Source of the DNA: a virus | Lineage: Duplodnaviria > Caudoviricetes | Strand: one strand, 5' to 3' | IMG/VR virus record: IMGVR_UViG_3300006853_000005 | Span: 1 to 51,168 of that record | DNA length: 51,168 nucleotides | Shown here: positions 1 to 9,895 of the stretch, in pieces | Numbering within the stretch: position 1 is the stretch's first letter | Layout: each line of letters opens with the position of its first letter | Position numbers and translations under genes: made by a program | The notes under the pieces: generated by a model | What the model was told of the DNA's origin: nothing | The model's database searches: none | Seen by the model: only the letters and a program-made list of their open reading frames with translations

Positions 1-29
1 CGACGGGCTCCAGGCCACGTCACCCGGAC
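1..29. repeat. 29-bp terminal direct repeat, left copy (circular assembly overlap)
   Basis: cgacgggctccaggccacgtcacccggac at 1-29 is identical to 51140-51168. Confidence 0.95.
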
Positions 30-63
30 CCTTCGCCACCCAAACTTTTCGCCGCGTAACGGC

Positions 64-624
64 GTGATCTCGAATTCGACTACGGAGGGTGTTGTGCCTG
101 CACCGAAGGCCAAGCACGCCCTCAGCCCCAGGGCGAAGCCGAGGACCCAGGAGTTCGGGGTCGTAGCCCGCACGTCGCTTCATGACCCGCCGGCGTGTCC
201 CGCCCGTCTGGCTGGCTTGGCTCCGCTCGGCTCGACGGTCGAGGCGTGGGATCGCCTGTGGCGGTCGGACGTGGTGTCGGTTGTCGACCTCGGGTCGGAC
301 ATGGAGGCAGTGGTGCGGTGGGCGTCGCTGCTCGACGAGCGGGAGCGTGCGCTTCGGGCGTTCCGCCGGAAGCGGCTGGTGGAGGGCTCGCAGGGTCAGG
401 CGGTCCTGAACCCGCTGTGGAACGTGGTGCGTGGCTGTGACGGTGAGCTGCGGGCGCTCGAGGACCGGATCGGGTTGTCGCCCAAGGCCCGGCTGCAGCT
501 GGGGATCACTTACGCCGAGGCGGGGAAGTCGCTCGACGAGCTGAACCGGCTCATGGACGAGGAGGGCGATGCCGATGACGTCGACGACCCTCGTCTCCGA
601 GCCATCGACGCCTCCGCTTCGTGA
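64..624 (+). CDS. terS: terminase small subunit (P27-like); exact start uncertain
   Basis: GSQGQAVLNPLW...LEDRIGLSPKARLQLGI motif typical of P27-family TerS; directly upstream of TerL. Confidence 0.85.
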   Translation: MISNSTTEGVVPAPKAKHALSPRAKPRTQEFGVVARTSLHDPPACPARLAGLAPLGSTVEAWDRLWRSDVVSVVDLGSDMEAVVRWASLLDERERALRAFRRKRLVEGSQGQAVLNPLWNVVRGCDGELRALEDRIGLSPKARLQLGITYAEAGKSLDELNRLMDEEGDADDVDDPRLRAIDASAS

Positions 625-2104
625 CTCCCTGGGGGCTCGTTCGATCAGGTGGATCGAGCGGTTCATGGTCCACGGCGAGGGCGACCTCGATGGCCAGCGT
701 GCCCGGTTGCGTGAGGACCAGAAGCTGTTCCTGTTCCAGTGGCAGGAGGTCGATGACGACGGCGGCTGGTGGTACGACGAGGGCTACTTCGAGGCTCCGT
801 CGGGTGTGGGCAAGACCCAGGAGATGGCGTGGCTCGCTGCTGAGGCGTTCGCTGGTCCGACGTCGAAGGCGACGAAGGCTCCGCCGAACATCGTGGTGCA
901 GGCGAACAGTCGGGAGCAGGCGGGGGAGAAGAAGGGCGACGATGTCGCGGAGGGGATCTTCGGGCGGGTCGCGCAGGTCTTGACGCATCGGAAGTGCCCG
1001 CTGCGGGATCACGTGTCGGTGCTGGAGGACCGGATCGTGTTCGCTGATGGCCGGCCGGGGCGGATCCGGTTGATCCCGGCGAAGGGGTCGACGACTGATG
1101 GCGGGTTGCCGACGCTGTACCTGGGTGACGAGGTCCAGGACTGGATGGGCCAGGCCTACGACGCGTACGTGCGGAACTCGAAGTCGACGACGAAGACCCG
1201 GATGGGACGGGTGCTCTCCGCATCGACACCGGGTGCGTACGCCGGGCAGGCGTGTGTGGGCTGGGACCTTCACCAGCGGGGCGAGCGGGGCGACGACCCG
1301 CGGTTCCTGTACCGCAAGCTCGCGGTCCCGGAGAACCTGAACTTCAAGGACGAGGCGGCGCTGAGGGCGGCGCTGGTGGCAGCCAACCCGGGTATCGAGC
1401 CCCGGCGTCTGGAGCGGCTGGTGCGCCGGGTGGGGCAGATCCCGTTGTCGCACTTCAAGCGCTTCCACGGTGGGCTGTGGGTCGAGGCCGACAAGGAGTC
1501 GTGGCTGCACGACTTCCCCGGTGCCTGGGAGGCTTGCGCTCAACCCGACCTGGTGATCCCGCCTGGCGCCGAGGTGACCGCCGGTGTGGACGTGGGGTTG
1601 AACAGGGATTCGATGTCGGTCGCCTGGTGCTGGAGGCACGAGGACTTGCGGGTGGTGCGGGCGAGGATCTGGGCCCCCGAACCGGACCGTGCCGTCGATG
1701 TGACCCAGGCGCGGGTGTTCATCCAGAACGAGCTGTCCCGGGATCACGAGGTGGTGTCGGTCGCGTACGACCCGAGACAGTTCGAGGAGTCGGCGTCGCT
1801 GCTCGAGGACGCCGGCGTGCCGATGTTGGAGACGCCGCAGGTGATCGAGCGTCTGGCCCCGGCCGACAGCCACCTGTTCACGCTGATCCTCGACAAGGCG
1901 GTGGCCCATGACGGCGATCACGACGTGGCGATGCAGGTGAACGCTGCGGTGAAGCGGGACACCGAGCGGGGCTGGTATCTGTCGAAGAACCGGTCGAAGC
2001 GTCATATGGACGCCTGCCGGGCGATCTCGCTCGCGGTCGCCGCGAGCGACCTGTGGCCCAAGCCGGACCGGACCGGGCCTGTCCCGTTGGTCGCCTGGCG
2101 GTGA
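569..2104 (+). CDS. terL: terminase large subunit
   Basis: Walker A APSGVGKT, Walker B LYLGDE, RNase H-like nuclease motifs AGVDVG, VAYDP, HMDACRA. Confidence 0.93.
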   Translation: MPMTSTTLVSEPSTPPLRDSLGARSIRWIERFMVHGEGDLDGQRARLREDQKLFLFQWQEVDDDGGWWYDEGYFEAPSGVGKTQEMAWLAAEAFAGPTSKATKAPPNIVVQANSREQAGEKKGDDVAEGIFGRVAQVLTHRKCPLRDHVSVLEDRIVFADGRPGRIRLIPAKGSTTDGGLPTLYLGDEVQDWMGQAYDAYVRNSKSTTKTRMGRVLSASTPGAYAGQACVGWDLHQRGERGDDPRFLYRKLAVPENLNFKDEAALRAALVAANPGIEPRRLERLVRRVGQIPLSHFKRFHGGLWVEADKESWLHDFPGAWEACAQPDLVIPPGAEVTAGVDVGLNRDSMSVAWCWRHEDLRVVRARIWAPEPDRAVDVTQARVFIQNELSRDHEVVSVAYDPRQFEESASLLEDAGVPMLETPQVIERLAPADSHLFTLILDKAVAHDGDHDVAMQVNAAVKRDTERGWYLSKNRSKRHMDACRAISLAVAASDLWPKPDRTGPVPLVAWR

Positions 2105-2262
2105 TCGTCATCATCCTCGCCGTCGCTGGGGCGGTGCTGTTCTCGGTCGGCGCAGGGGTCGAGTGGGGCGCGGGGGCAGGGCTGATGTACGCGGGCGTGT
2201 TCTGCGTCACCGGCGCCTGGATCACCGAGACGGTGCTGCGGAAACGGAAGGAGGCGCGGTGA
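2101..2262 (+). CDS. small membrane protein between terL and portal
   Basis: GTGA overlaps at both ends; two hydrophobic segments followed by a basic tail. Confidence 0.75.
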   Translation: MIVIILAVAGAVLFSVGAGVEWGAGAGLMYAGVFCVTGAWITETVLRKRKEAR

Positions 2263-3677
2263 GACTGTTCGAGCCCCTGATCAGCCGCACCGACGGGCCT
2301 CCGGCGGACCAGTACCCGGCGATGAGCTTCGACCAGTGGGTGCAGTTCACCGTCGGTGGGAACTCGTACCGGTTGCCGGTCGACACGACCCTGCCCGGCC
2401 AGCAGGCGGAGCCGATCGGGAACAGCTTCGAGGGTTACGCCGCTGGTGGGTTGTTCGGCAACGGTGTGATCTTCGGGCTCGTGTCGAAGCGGGTCGAGGT
2501 GTTCTCCCAGGCCCGGTTCCAGTTCCAGAACTTCAACAAGGGCCGGCCCTCCACGTTCTTCGGCGGCCCTGATCTGGGGATCCTGGAACGGCCGTGGCCG
2601 GGTGGGACGACCGCTGACCTGCTGGCGTTGATGCTGCTCCACGTCGACCTGGCCGGGAACTCCTACGTCACCACCCTCGACGGGCAGCTGGTGGTGATGC
2701 GTCCCGACTGGGTCGACATCTTGCTGCGGGAACGCATCTATGTGGATCCGTCGGGGGCGACGTCGGGGGTCGTCGGGTGGGAGAAGGCCGGGTACGCCTA
2801 CTACCACGGCGGCAAGGGGCAGACGTCCCGGCCGGTGCTGTTCCTTCCCGACGAGGTCGCGCACTTCATCGACAAGCCCGACCCGCTCGCGTCGTACCGG
2901 GGGATGTCGTGGCTCACCCCTGTGGTCCGGGAGATTCAGACCGACAGTGAGCTGACCCGCTACAAGCTGCGGTACCTGGAGAACTCGGCGACCCCGAACC
3001 TCGCTGTGTCGTTGGCGAAGGAAGTCACCCCCGAGCAGTTCTCCAAGTTCGTCGAGCTGATGGACGCCAAGCACGAGGGTGTGGACAAGGCCGGCAAGAC
3101 GCTCTACACGGGCGGCGGCGCCGATGTGACGGTGATCGGTGCGTCGCTCAAAGACCTCGACCTCAAGTCCGTGCAGGGCGCCGGTGAGACCCGTCTCGCC
3201 CAGGCGGCGGGGGTGCCGCCGGTGGTGGCGGACATGTCGGAGGGGATGCAGGGCTCGTCGCTGAACGCCGGGAACTTCGGGCAGGCCCGCCGCAAGTTCG
3301 CTGACACGACTCTCGCTCACCTGTGGGGCGCTGTTGCCGGGTCGCTCGAGGTCCTCGTTCCTGCGCCTCAGTCGGGCACCCGGCTGTGGACGGACTCCCG
3401 GGACATTCCGTTCCTCCACGAGGACCAGAAGGACCGAGCCGAGATCCTCGCCACGCAACTCAACGCGATCGAGGCCGGCGTGCGGGCTGGGTACGTGCCA
3501 GACACCGTCGTCGCAGCAGTGGACGCCAACGATCTGACCCTTCTCGAGCACACGGGCCTGTTCAGCGTCCAGCTCCAACCCCCGATGACCGAACAGCAGC
3601 AGGCCGACGCCACCGGGGACGTCGCCGCAGAACCGTCCCCAGACGACGAGGTGGCCGATGAGCCAGCAACTGTTTGA
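2259..3677 (+). CDS. HK97-family portal protein
   Basis: Synteny; LAGNSY, DEVAHF..PDPL..YRGMSWL, YLENSATP and LAQAAGVPP motifs; GTG at 2259 coupled to the upstream stop. Confidence 0.92.
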   Translation: MRLFEPLISRTDGPPADQYPAMSFDQWVQFTVGGNSYRLPVDTTLPGQQAEPIGNSFEGYAAGGLFGNGVIFGLVSKRVEVFSQARFQFQNFNKGRPSTFFGGPDLGILERPWPGGTTADLLALMLLHVDLAGNSYVTTLDGQLVVMRPDWVDILLRERIYVDPSGATSGVVGWEKAGYAYYHGGKGQTSRPVLFLPDEVAHFIDKPDPLASYRGMSWLTPVVREIQTDSELTRYKLRYLENSATPNLAVSLAKEVTPEQFSKFVELMDAKHEGVDKAGKTLYTGGGADVTVIGASLKDLDLKSVQGAGETRLAQAAGVPPVVADMSEGMQGSSLNAGNFGQARRKFADTTLAHLWGAVAGSLEVLVPAPQSGTRLWTDSRDIPFLHEDQKDRAEILATQLNAIEAGVRAGYVPDTVVAAVDANDLTLLEHTGLFSVQLQPPMTEQQQADATGDVAAEPSPDDEVADEPATV

Positions 3678-4434
3678 GCGCTCCTACCGGCTCGAGGACA
3701 TCGCCATCCGGGCCGGCGGCGACGGGCGCACCGTGACCGCCTACGCGGCGGTGTTCGACACCCCGGCCGAGGTCCGGGACTTCGACGGTCACTACATGGA
3801 GACCATCACCCGTACCGCGTTCGACAAGACCCTCGCCGAACGTTCCTCACGGGTGCAGGTGTTCTACAACCACGGCAAGACCCTCTACGGGACCCCGTCG
3901 GAGCGGTTCTCGCTCCCCATCGGCGTCCCCGAGGAGATCCGGGCCGACGACCGCGGGCTCCTCACCGTCACCCGCTACAACCGCACCGAGCTCGCGGACG
4001 AGGTCCTCGAGGCGATCCGCAACGGCGACATCACCTCGCAGTCGTTCTCCGGCCGGATCTTCACCTCGAAGCGCCCGCCGGAGAAGCTGAACGGTCTCAA
4101 GCAGATCGTCCGCACCGAGTTGGGCCTGACCGAGTACGGCCCCACCCCGATCCCCTCCTACGACGATGCCGCCGTGGTCGGGGTCCGTTTCCAGCAGCTG
4201 GTCGAGTCGCTCGACCAGCTCGACGAGGAGCAGCGCCTCGAGGTGCTCTCCCGCTACGGCACGCTTCCCACGATCGAGGAAGCGCCGCCTGAGTCCGATG
4301 TCGCCGGAGCCGAACAGGCCACCACGACCGAGGACAGCGACTCGCCGGTCTCCGGGGACCACGTGTCGGGACCCAGCCACGCAGAGCGCCAACAGCGCAT
4401 GCGTGCCCTCACTCTTCAAAGGAAGTTCACATGA
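3658..4434 (+). CDS. HK97-family prohead maturation protease
   Basis: AYAAVF, ETITRTAFDKTL, FYNHG, DDRGL, SQSFSG, EYGPTPIPSY motifs. Confidence 0.92.
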   Translation: MSQQLFERSYRLEDIAIRAGGDGRTVTAYAAVFDTPAEVRDFDGHYMETITRTAFDKTLAERSSRVQVFYNHGKTLYGTPSERFSLPIGVPEEIRADDRGLLTVTRYNRTELADEVLEAIRNGDITSQSFSGRIFTSKRPPEKLNGLKQIVRTELGLTEYGPTPIPSYDDAAVVGVRFQQLVESLDQLDEEQRLEVLSRYGTLPTIEEAPPESDVAGAEQATTTEDSDSPVSGDHVSGPSHAERQQRMRALTLQRKFT

Positions 4435-5924
4435 ACACCCTCGAAGAGGTTCTGGCCCGGCTCTCCGAGATCCGGACCGACCTCGAGAACATCGCCGCCA
4501 TCGAAGGCGACCTGGACGAGGCCCAGCGCTCCGACTGGGACGCCCTCAACACCGAGTGGGACACCCTCGACGCCAAGCGCGTCGAGCTGGAGGGCCGGGC
4601 CGAGCGCCTCCGCGCCCTGCGCTCCACCAACCTCATGCCCGCCACCGGCGACGGCGCCGAAGGGGCCGACGTCGAGCGGTCACGCGTGACCGACGAGTTC
4701 AACGCCCAGCGGTCGACCACTGACGACATCTACGAGCTCGGCGAGCTGGCCACGATCTCGCGTTCGTCGGGCGCGTACGGCACCGCGGTCCGGGATCGGG
4801 CCATGCGCTCGATCGAGGACTGGGAGGGTGTCACCCCCGAGATGCAGGCGTCGGCCGAGCGGCTGATCGCCAACGCCGGCCGAGCCGCCCGCCGGGGCAA
4901 GCACGACCACGCGCAGGAGATCGCCGAGCACATCCTGCGCACGGCCCAACCCGACTACGTCGAGGGCTTCTACAACCTCCTGGAGTCCCCTCAACTCGGC
5001 GTGGCGGGCCTCGACATCGACCAGGCCAAGGCGTTCCGCGCCGCGATGAACGAGGGCACCACAACCCAGGGTGGGTTCATGGTGCCCCCGATGCTCGACC
5101 CGTCGATCATCCTGACCAACGCGGGGATCTCGAACCCGTTCCGGCAGCGGTCGACGATCAAGAGCATCACGACCCAGACCTGGAAGGGTGTCACCTCCGC
5201 CGGTGTCACCGCCGAGTGGACCGCTGAGGCGGCCGAGGCGGCCGACGCTTCGCCGACGGTCGCGCAGCCCTCGATCACCCCGGTCCGTGCCGACGCCTAC
5301 GTGCAGGCCAGCTTCGAGATGGTCGAGGACACCTCGATCTCCGGTGAACTGGCGATGCTGTTCGCCGACGCCCGCGACCGGCTCGAAGGCACCGCGTTCG
5401 CTGTCGGCACCGGTTCGACCCAGCCTCACGGCATCGTGACCGAGCTGGGCCTCGTCACCGCTTCGCGGGTGTCGGCGAACACCAACGGCACCTACGGCGC
5501 CGTGGACGTGTACGCCGTCGACAACGCCCTGCCCCAGCGGTGGCGGGCCAACGCCACCTGGGTCGCGAACAAGTCGATCTACAACCTGACCCGCCAGTTC
5601 GCCTCGGGCTCGGGCCCGCAGCACGCGTTCTGGACGGACCTCGGTGGTGGTCGTCCGCCGATCCTGATCGGCTACGACGCCGACGAGTCCTCGGCGATGT
5701 TCAACGCCCCACTGTCCACGGCGACGGCGTCGAACGACGACATCCTGGTGCTGGGCGACTTCCGCCAGTACTACATCGTCGACCGGGTCGGCATGCAGGT
5801 CGCGTACAACCCGCTCGTGATCGGCTCCAACCGCCGGCCCACGGGCGAGGTCGGCTGGTTCGCGTTCTGGCGTGTCGGCGGTCGCACCGTCAACGCCGAC
5901 GCGTTCCGCATGCTCCGCGTCTGA
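4431..5924 (+). CDS. HK97-fold major capsid protein with N-terminal delta/scaffold domain
   Basis: N-terminal coiled coil, GGFMVPP, AEWTAEA, GTGSTQPHGI, LGDFRQYYIVDRVG, RVGGRTVNADAFRML. Confidence 0.95.
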   Translation: MNTLEEVLARLSEIRTDLENIAAIEGDLDEAQRSDWDALNTEWDTLDAKRVELEGRAERLRALRSTNLMPATGDGAEGADVERSRVTDEFNAQRSTTDDIYELGELATISRSSGAYGTAVRDRAMRSIEDWEGVTPEMQASAERLIANAGRAARRGKHDHAQEIAEHILRTAQPDYVEGFYNLLESPQLGVAGLDIDQAKAFRAAMNEGTTTQGGFMVPPMLDPSIILTNAGISNPFRQRSTIKSITTQTWKGVTSAGVTAEWTAEAAEAADASPTVAQPSITPVRADAYVQASFEMVEDTSISGELAMLFADARDRLEGTAFAVGTGSTQPHGIVTELGLVTASRVSANTNGTYGAVDVYAVDNALPQRWRANATWVANKSIYNLTRQFASGSGPQHAFWTDLGGGRPPILIGYDADESSAMFNAPLSTATASNDDILVLGDFRQYYIVDRVGMQVAYNPLVIGSNRRPTGEVGWFAFWRVGGRTVNADAFRMLRV

Positions 5925-5933
5925 CCCTCAGCT

Positions 5934-5978
5934 CGTCCCCAGCCCGCCGCGCCCCGGATCGCCGGCGGGCTGGGGACG
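5934..5978 (+). terminator. 16-bp perfect stem-loop after the capsid gene (terminator, attenuator or stability hairpin)
   Basis: cgtccccagcccgccg (5934-5949) / cggcgggctggggacg (5963-5978); no U-tract. Confidence 0.7.
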
Positions 5979-5999
5979 GAACCTATCCGGGAGGTTCTG

Positions 6000-7475
6000 T
6001 TGCCCAACCCCACCAAACGCGCCAGCGACAAGGTCGTGGTCGCCTACGCAACCACAGGCACCCACGACCATCGCTTCACCGCGTCGCTGCTCGACCTGTG
6101 GCGCTTCGACGCCATCGGCGGACGCGTCGACGGGAAACGCGTCGGCGGCCACCACCGGATCCTCCGCGGCGGCGGCCGGTTCGAGCGGGTCGGTTCGTCG
6201 ATCAGCCGGAACCGCAACCAGCTCGCGTCGCTGTTCCTCGAGGAGCACGACGCGCCGTGGCTGTTCACGGTCGACGACGACATGGACTTCGAGCCCGACA
6301 TCGTCGAACAGCTCCTCGCCGCTGCTGATCCGGTCGAGCGGCCGGTGATGGGCGGGCTGTGCTTCCAGTACCGGTTCGACGACCCGGTGCGCAAGCTGTG
6401 GCCCACCCTGTTCGCGCACATCCCCGGGACCACGAAGCTCGCCCGGCTCCAGCAGTACCCGGCGGATTCGGTGATCCAGGTCGCGGCGACGGGCGCCGCG
6501 TGCATGCTCGTCCACCGGTCGGTGCTCGAGGCGATGGCCGCCAAGTTCCCGAAGCCGAGACCCTGGTACGACCGGACCCCGTTCTACGACCACGACGCCG
6601 ACGGGAAGGCGATCCCCGAGACCGGCGACGAGTACTCCGAGGACATCACGTTCTGCCTGCGGGCCCAGGCGTGCGGCTTCCCGATCCACGTCCACACGGG
6701 AGCGAAGACCGGGCACGTGAAGTCGTTCGTCGCCGACGAGGAGCTGTTCATCAACGAGTCCGCGCAGCTCGCTGTGTCAACCCACTCCCCGGCGACGCAG
6801 GCCCCGACGTATGTGGTGGTGGCGTCGAAGTCCCGTCGGGGGATGCTCACCCGGCTCCTCGAGCAACTGAAGCCGCAGGTCGCGGGGTGCTTCGTGTACG
6901 ACAACGGCTACACCCCGCCGTTGCGTGACTCGATCGAGGCGCACGGCTGGCCGTTGCACCGCATGTGGAACGACGGCCTCGCCCAAGCCGAGAAGGCCGC
7001 GGGCGGGAAACCCCACAACGTCCTGATCATCAACGACGACGTCGAGGTCGAAGGGCACTGCGCTGCGCTTCTCGACGGTGCGCTCCGAGCGAGCGACGAC
7101 CACTGGGTCGCCTACCCGAACTGGCACGGCGCCGACATCCCCCTCGGCGCTGCGGTCGAGACCAGCAACCCGGAGATGGCCGGCCAGACCATGTCGGGCT
7201 GGTGCTTCATGCTCCGCGGGGAGACCGGTCTTCGCTTCGACGAGCAGTTCGAGTGGTGGTACGGCGACTCCGACCTACAGCGCAAGGTCGAGCAGGGCGG
7301 CGGGAAGGTCGTGTGCGTCGGTGGCTGCCACGCCATCCACCATGACCCGCTGCGGTCCACAGTCGACGACCCGGACCGTCTCGCTCAGGCGAGGGCCGAC
7401 GAGGCCCGGTTCGCTGCCAAGTGGGGGATCGACCCCGAGACGCTGTGGCTCGCCCAGAACCTGGTGTCCGCATGA
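6000..7475 (+). CDS. two-domain GT-A/GT2-like glycosyltransferase
   Basis: N-domain ISRNRNQL..WLFTVDDDMDF..ATGAACMLVHRSV..SEDITFC; C-domain LIINDDV..SGWCFML..FDEQFEWWYGDSDL; TTG start with GGAGG RBS. Confidence 0.85.
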   Translation: MPNPTKRASDKVVVAYATTGTHDHRFTASLLDLWRFDAIGGRVDGKRVGGHHRILRGGGRFERVGSSISRNRNQLASLFLEEHDAPWLFTVDDDMDFEPDIVEQLLAAADPVERPVMGGLCFQYRFDDPVRKLWPTLFAHIPGTTKLARLQQYPADSVIQVAATGAACMLVHRSVLEAMAAKFPKPRPWYDRTPFYDHDADGKAIPETGDEYSEDITFCLRAQACGFPIHVHTGAKTGHVKSFVADEELFINESAQLAVSTHSPATQAPTYVVVASKSRRGMLTRLLEQLKPQVAGCFVYDNGYTPPLRDSIEAHGWPLHRMWNDGLAQAEKAAGGKPHNVLIINDDVEVEGHCAALLDGALRASDDHWVAYPNWHGADIPLGAAVETSNPEMAGQTMSGWCFMLRGETGLRFDEQFEWWYGDSDLQRKVEQGGGKVVCVGGCHAIHHDPLRSTVDDPDRLAQARADEARFAAKWGIDPETLWLAQNLVSA

Positions 7476-8095
7476 TCGGCGTCGCGTTCATCTCCGACCG
7501 TGGCGCCACCTGCCCCGCCCTCCTGCCGGCGTGCTGCGACTCCCTCTACGAGCAGATCCCCGACGCCCCCCAGATCGGTCACGTCATCGACGACCGCGAC
7601 CATCAGCTAGGCCTCGCCGGCGCCGTCCAAGCCGCGTGGACGTGGGCGCTCGACACCGGGGTCGACCACCTCCTGCACGTCGAGGAGGACTTCCTGTTCA
7701 CCTCACCCGTGCGGCTCGCCGACCTGGTGTGGATCCTCGACCACGCCCCCCATCTCGCGCAGGTCGTCCTCAAGCGCCAGGCGTGGTCCGTCGAGGAGAA
7801 GCAGGCCGGCGGGATCATCGAGCTCAACCCTGACGTCTACACGCAGTGCGGGGGGATGCGTCACTCGACGTCGTGGGTGGAGCACACGAAGGTGTTCTCC
7901 CTCAACCCCTGCCTGATCCCTCGTCGTGTCCTCGAGTTGGGGTGGCCATCCGGTCCCCTGGGCGTGGGGAACGAGGCAGGGTTCACGCAACGGTGCCTCA
8001 TCGAGGGCTACCGGTTCGCCTTCTACGGCCAGGCTGGTGACCCCCCGGTCGTCGAGCACGTCGGCCATCAGCGGGGCGAGGGGTGGCGGCTGTGA
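7472..8095 (+). CDS. GT-A-like glycosyltransferase
   Basis: GLAGAVQAAW, HLLHVEEDFLF (DxD-like), FSLNPCL, VEHVG; ATGA coupling. Confidence 0.72.
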   Translation: MIGVAFISDRGATCPALLPACCDSLYEQIPDAPQIGHVIDDRDHQLGLAGAVQAAWTWALDTGVDHLLHVEEDFLFTSPVRLADLVWILDHAPHLAQVVLKRQAWSVEEKQAGGIIELNPDVYTQCGGMRHSTSWVEHTKVFSLNPCLIPRRVLELGWPSGPLGVGNEAGFTQRCLIEGYRFAFYGQAGDPPVVEHVGHQRGEGWRL

Positions 8096-8601
8096 TCGCC
8101 GTCCTCGGTGCCGGTCCCCACGGCCGCCAGCTCGCTTCGCTGCTTTATCCCGCCGCGCTCTACGACGACCTCCTCGACGGGTACGCACCGACCGTTGAGG
8201 GCGCCCGGAACCATCCGTGGGTGCTGGGCGCCGCGTGGCCCCACGTACGCCGCCAGATCGCCGCACAGTCGCTGTCTCGGTCCCCGAAGGACAACGGGAT
8301 CGTGATCTTCCCCGGCGCCCGGATCGGGACCGACACGACGATCGGGACTCACACCCATGTCCTGTTCAACGCCGTCGTCTCCCACGGGTGCCGGGTGGGG
8401 GAGTTCGTCACCATCTGCGCCGGGGCGGTCCTCTCCGGCGACGTCCATGTCGGTGACGACGTGATCATCGGATCGAACGCGACGGTCATCCACGGCGGCA
8501 TCACCATCGGTGCCGGTGCGGTGATCGGCGCCGGCGCCGTCGTGACCGGCGATATCGAGCCCGGCGAAGTTGTCGCCGGTGTCCCGGCGAGGCCGCTGTG
8601 A
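8092..8601 (+). CDS. NeuD/PglD-like sugar acetyltransferase (left-handed beta-helix)
   Basis: AVLGAGPHG N-terminus, hexapeptide repeats (VVSHGCRVGEFVTICAGAVLSGDVHVGDDVIIG), terminal VAGVPARP. Confidence 0.9.
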   Translation: MIAVLGAGPHGRQLASLLYPAALYDDLLDGYAPTVEGARNHPWVLGAAWPHVRRQIAAQSLSRSPKDNGIVIFPGARIGTDTTIGTHTHVLFNAVVSHGCRVGEFVTICAGAVLSGDVHVGDDVIIGSNATVIHGGITIGAGAVIGAGAVVTGDIEPGEVVAGVPARPL

Positions 8602-9185
8602 CCTGGCGTGAAGTGGCCGATCAGGCGAAGGGGTGGCTGTTCCCCGACGAAGCCGAAGCCCTCCACGCTTTCGCGCTCCTGGCCGCCGAGTCCCTCCCGG
8701 GGCTGCCGCTCGTCGAGATCGGCGGGTACTGCGGCAAGTCCGCCTGCTGGATCGGCGCCGCCGCCCAGGAACACGGCACGGTTCTCTACTCGATCGACCA
8801 CCACCGGGGGTCGCCGGAGATGGCCCCCGGACGGGAGTGCCACGACCCCGATCTGATCATCGACGGGGCACACGACTCGCTACCCCAGTTCCGGGCCACC
8901 ATCCGCCAGGCCGGCCTCGACGACACCGTGATTCCCGTCGTCGGCCCGTCACAGACCGTCGGCGCCCACTGGGACACGGCGGTGTCGTTCCTGTTCGTCG
9001 ACGGAGGGCACGACACCCGCACCGTCACCGGCGACTACAAGCTGTGGTCCCCCCACCTCGCGTCGGGTGGGGTGCTGGCGTTCCACGACACCACCGACCG
9101 CAGCATCGCCCCCCTCATGGACCAGGTTCGTGCCGACGGGTGGACCCTCACCGCCGAGATCGAGTCGCTGAAGGTGTTCCGGTGA
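8598..9185 (+). CDS. class I SAM-dependent methyltransferase (Methyltransf_24-like)
   Basis: LVEIGGYCGKS, SIDHH, FLFVDGGHD, GGVLAFHD. Confidence 0.9.
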   Translation: MTWREVADQAKGWLFPDEAEALHAFALLAAESLPGLPLVEIGGYCGKSACWIGAAAQEHGTVLYSIDHHRGSPEMAPGRECHDPDLIIDGAHDSLPQFRATIRQAGLDDTVIPVVGPSQTVGAHWDTAVSFLFVDGGHDTRTVTGDYKLWSPHLASGGVLAFHDTTDRSIAPLMDQVRADGWTLTAEIESLKVFR

Positions 9186-9895
9186 TCGTCGCGATCACGA
9201 TGGTCCGCGACGAGATCGACATCCTCCCTTGGACCCTCGCCCACATGCTCGACCAGGTCGACTACGTGATCGTCGCCGACAACGGGTCGGTCGACGGGAC
9301 CCGCGAGCACCTCGCGGACATGGCCGCCGCCTCACCGTCCCGGTTGCTTGTCCAGGACGACCCCGAGCCCGGCTACTACCAGGCCGACAAGATGACCCGC
9401 CTCGCCCACCAGGCCGGCGACATGGGCGCCACATGGGTCGTCCCGTTCGACGCCGACGAAGCATGGGACCTCCCCGACCTCGCCACGCTCGACGCGGACG
9501 TGATCACCGTCCGCCCGTGGTGGCACGTCCCCCACAACGACGACCCGGTCGACCCCAACCCCCTCGTCCGGATCCGGTGGCGGCTCTCGCAACGACAGGC
9601 CATGCCCAAGGTCGCGTTCCGCTACCACCCCCACGCCCAGCTCCACATGGGCAACCACGCCGTCAGGCGCCCGATCGGCTCGACGATCGCCGCCGCGGGG
9701 GAGATGCGGCACTATCCGTTCCGGTCCCTCGACCAGACCCGCAGGAAGGTCACCAACGGCGCCCAGGCGTACCGTGCCGCCCCCGACCTCGACGCCGGCT
9801 ACGGCGCCCACTGGCGCCAGCTCGATTCCTTCGACGACGACGCGCTCGAAGCGTGGTGGCGGGACCTCCAAGCCCGGGCGACTGACCGTGCATGA
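9182..9895 (+). CDS. GT2-like glycosyltransferase (Glyco_tranf_2_4 type)
   Basis: TMVRDEIDIL, VIVADNGSVDGTREHL, WVVPFDADE, GNH, RHYPFRS; GTGA coupling at 9182. Confidence 0.9.
   Translation: MIVAITMVRDEIDILPWTLAHMLDQVDYVIVADNGSVDGTREHLADMAAASPSRLLVQDDPEPGYYQADKMTRLAHQAGDMGATWVVPFDADEAWDLPDLATLDADVITVRPWWHVPHNDDPVDPNPLVRIRWRLSQRQAMPKVAFRYHPHAQLHMGNHAVRRPIGSTIAAAGEMRHYPFRSLDQTRRKVTNGAQAYRAAPDLDAGYGAHWRQLDSFDDDALEAWWRDLQARATDRA

Noticed and set aside
1-29. Biological terminal repeat of the virion DNA
   Set aside because: A short exact overlap is more simply an assembler k-mer overlap of a circular contig; it cannot be called a physical end without reads
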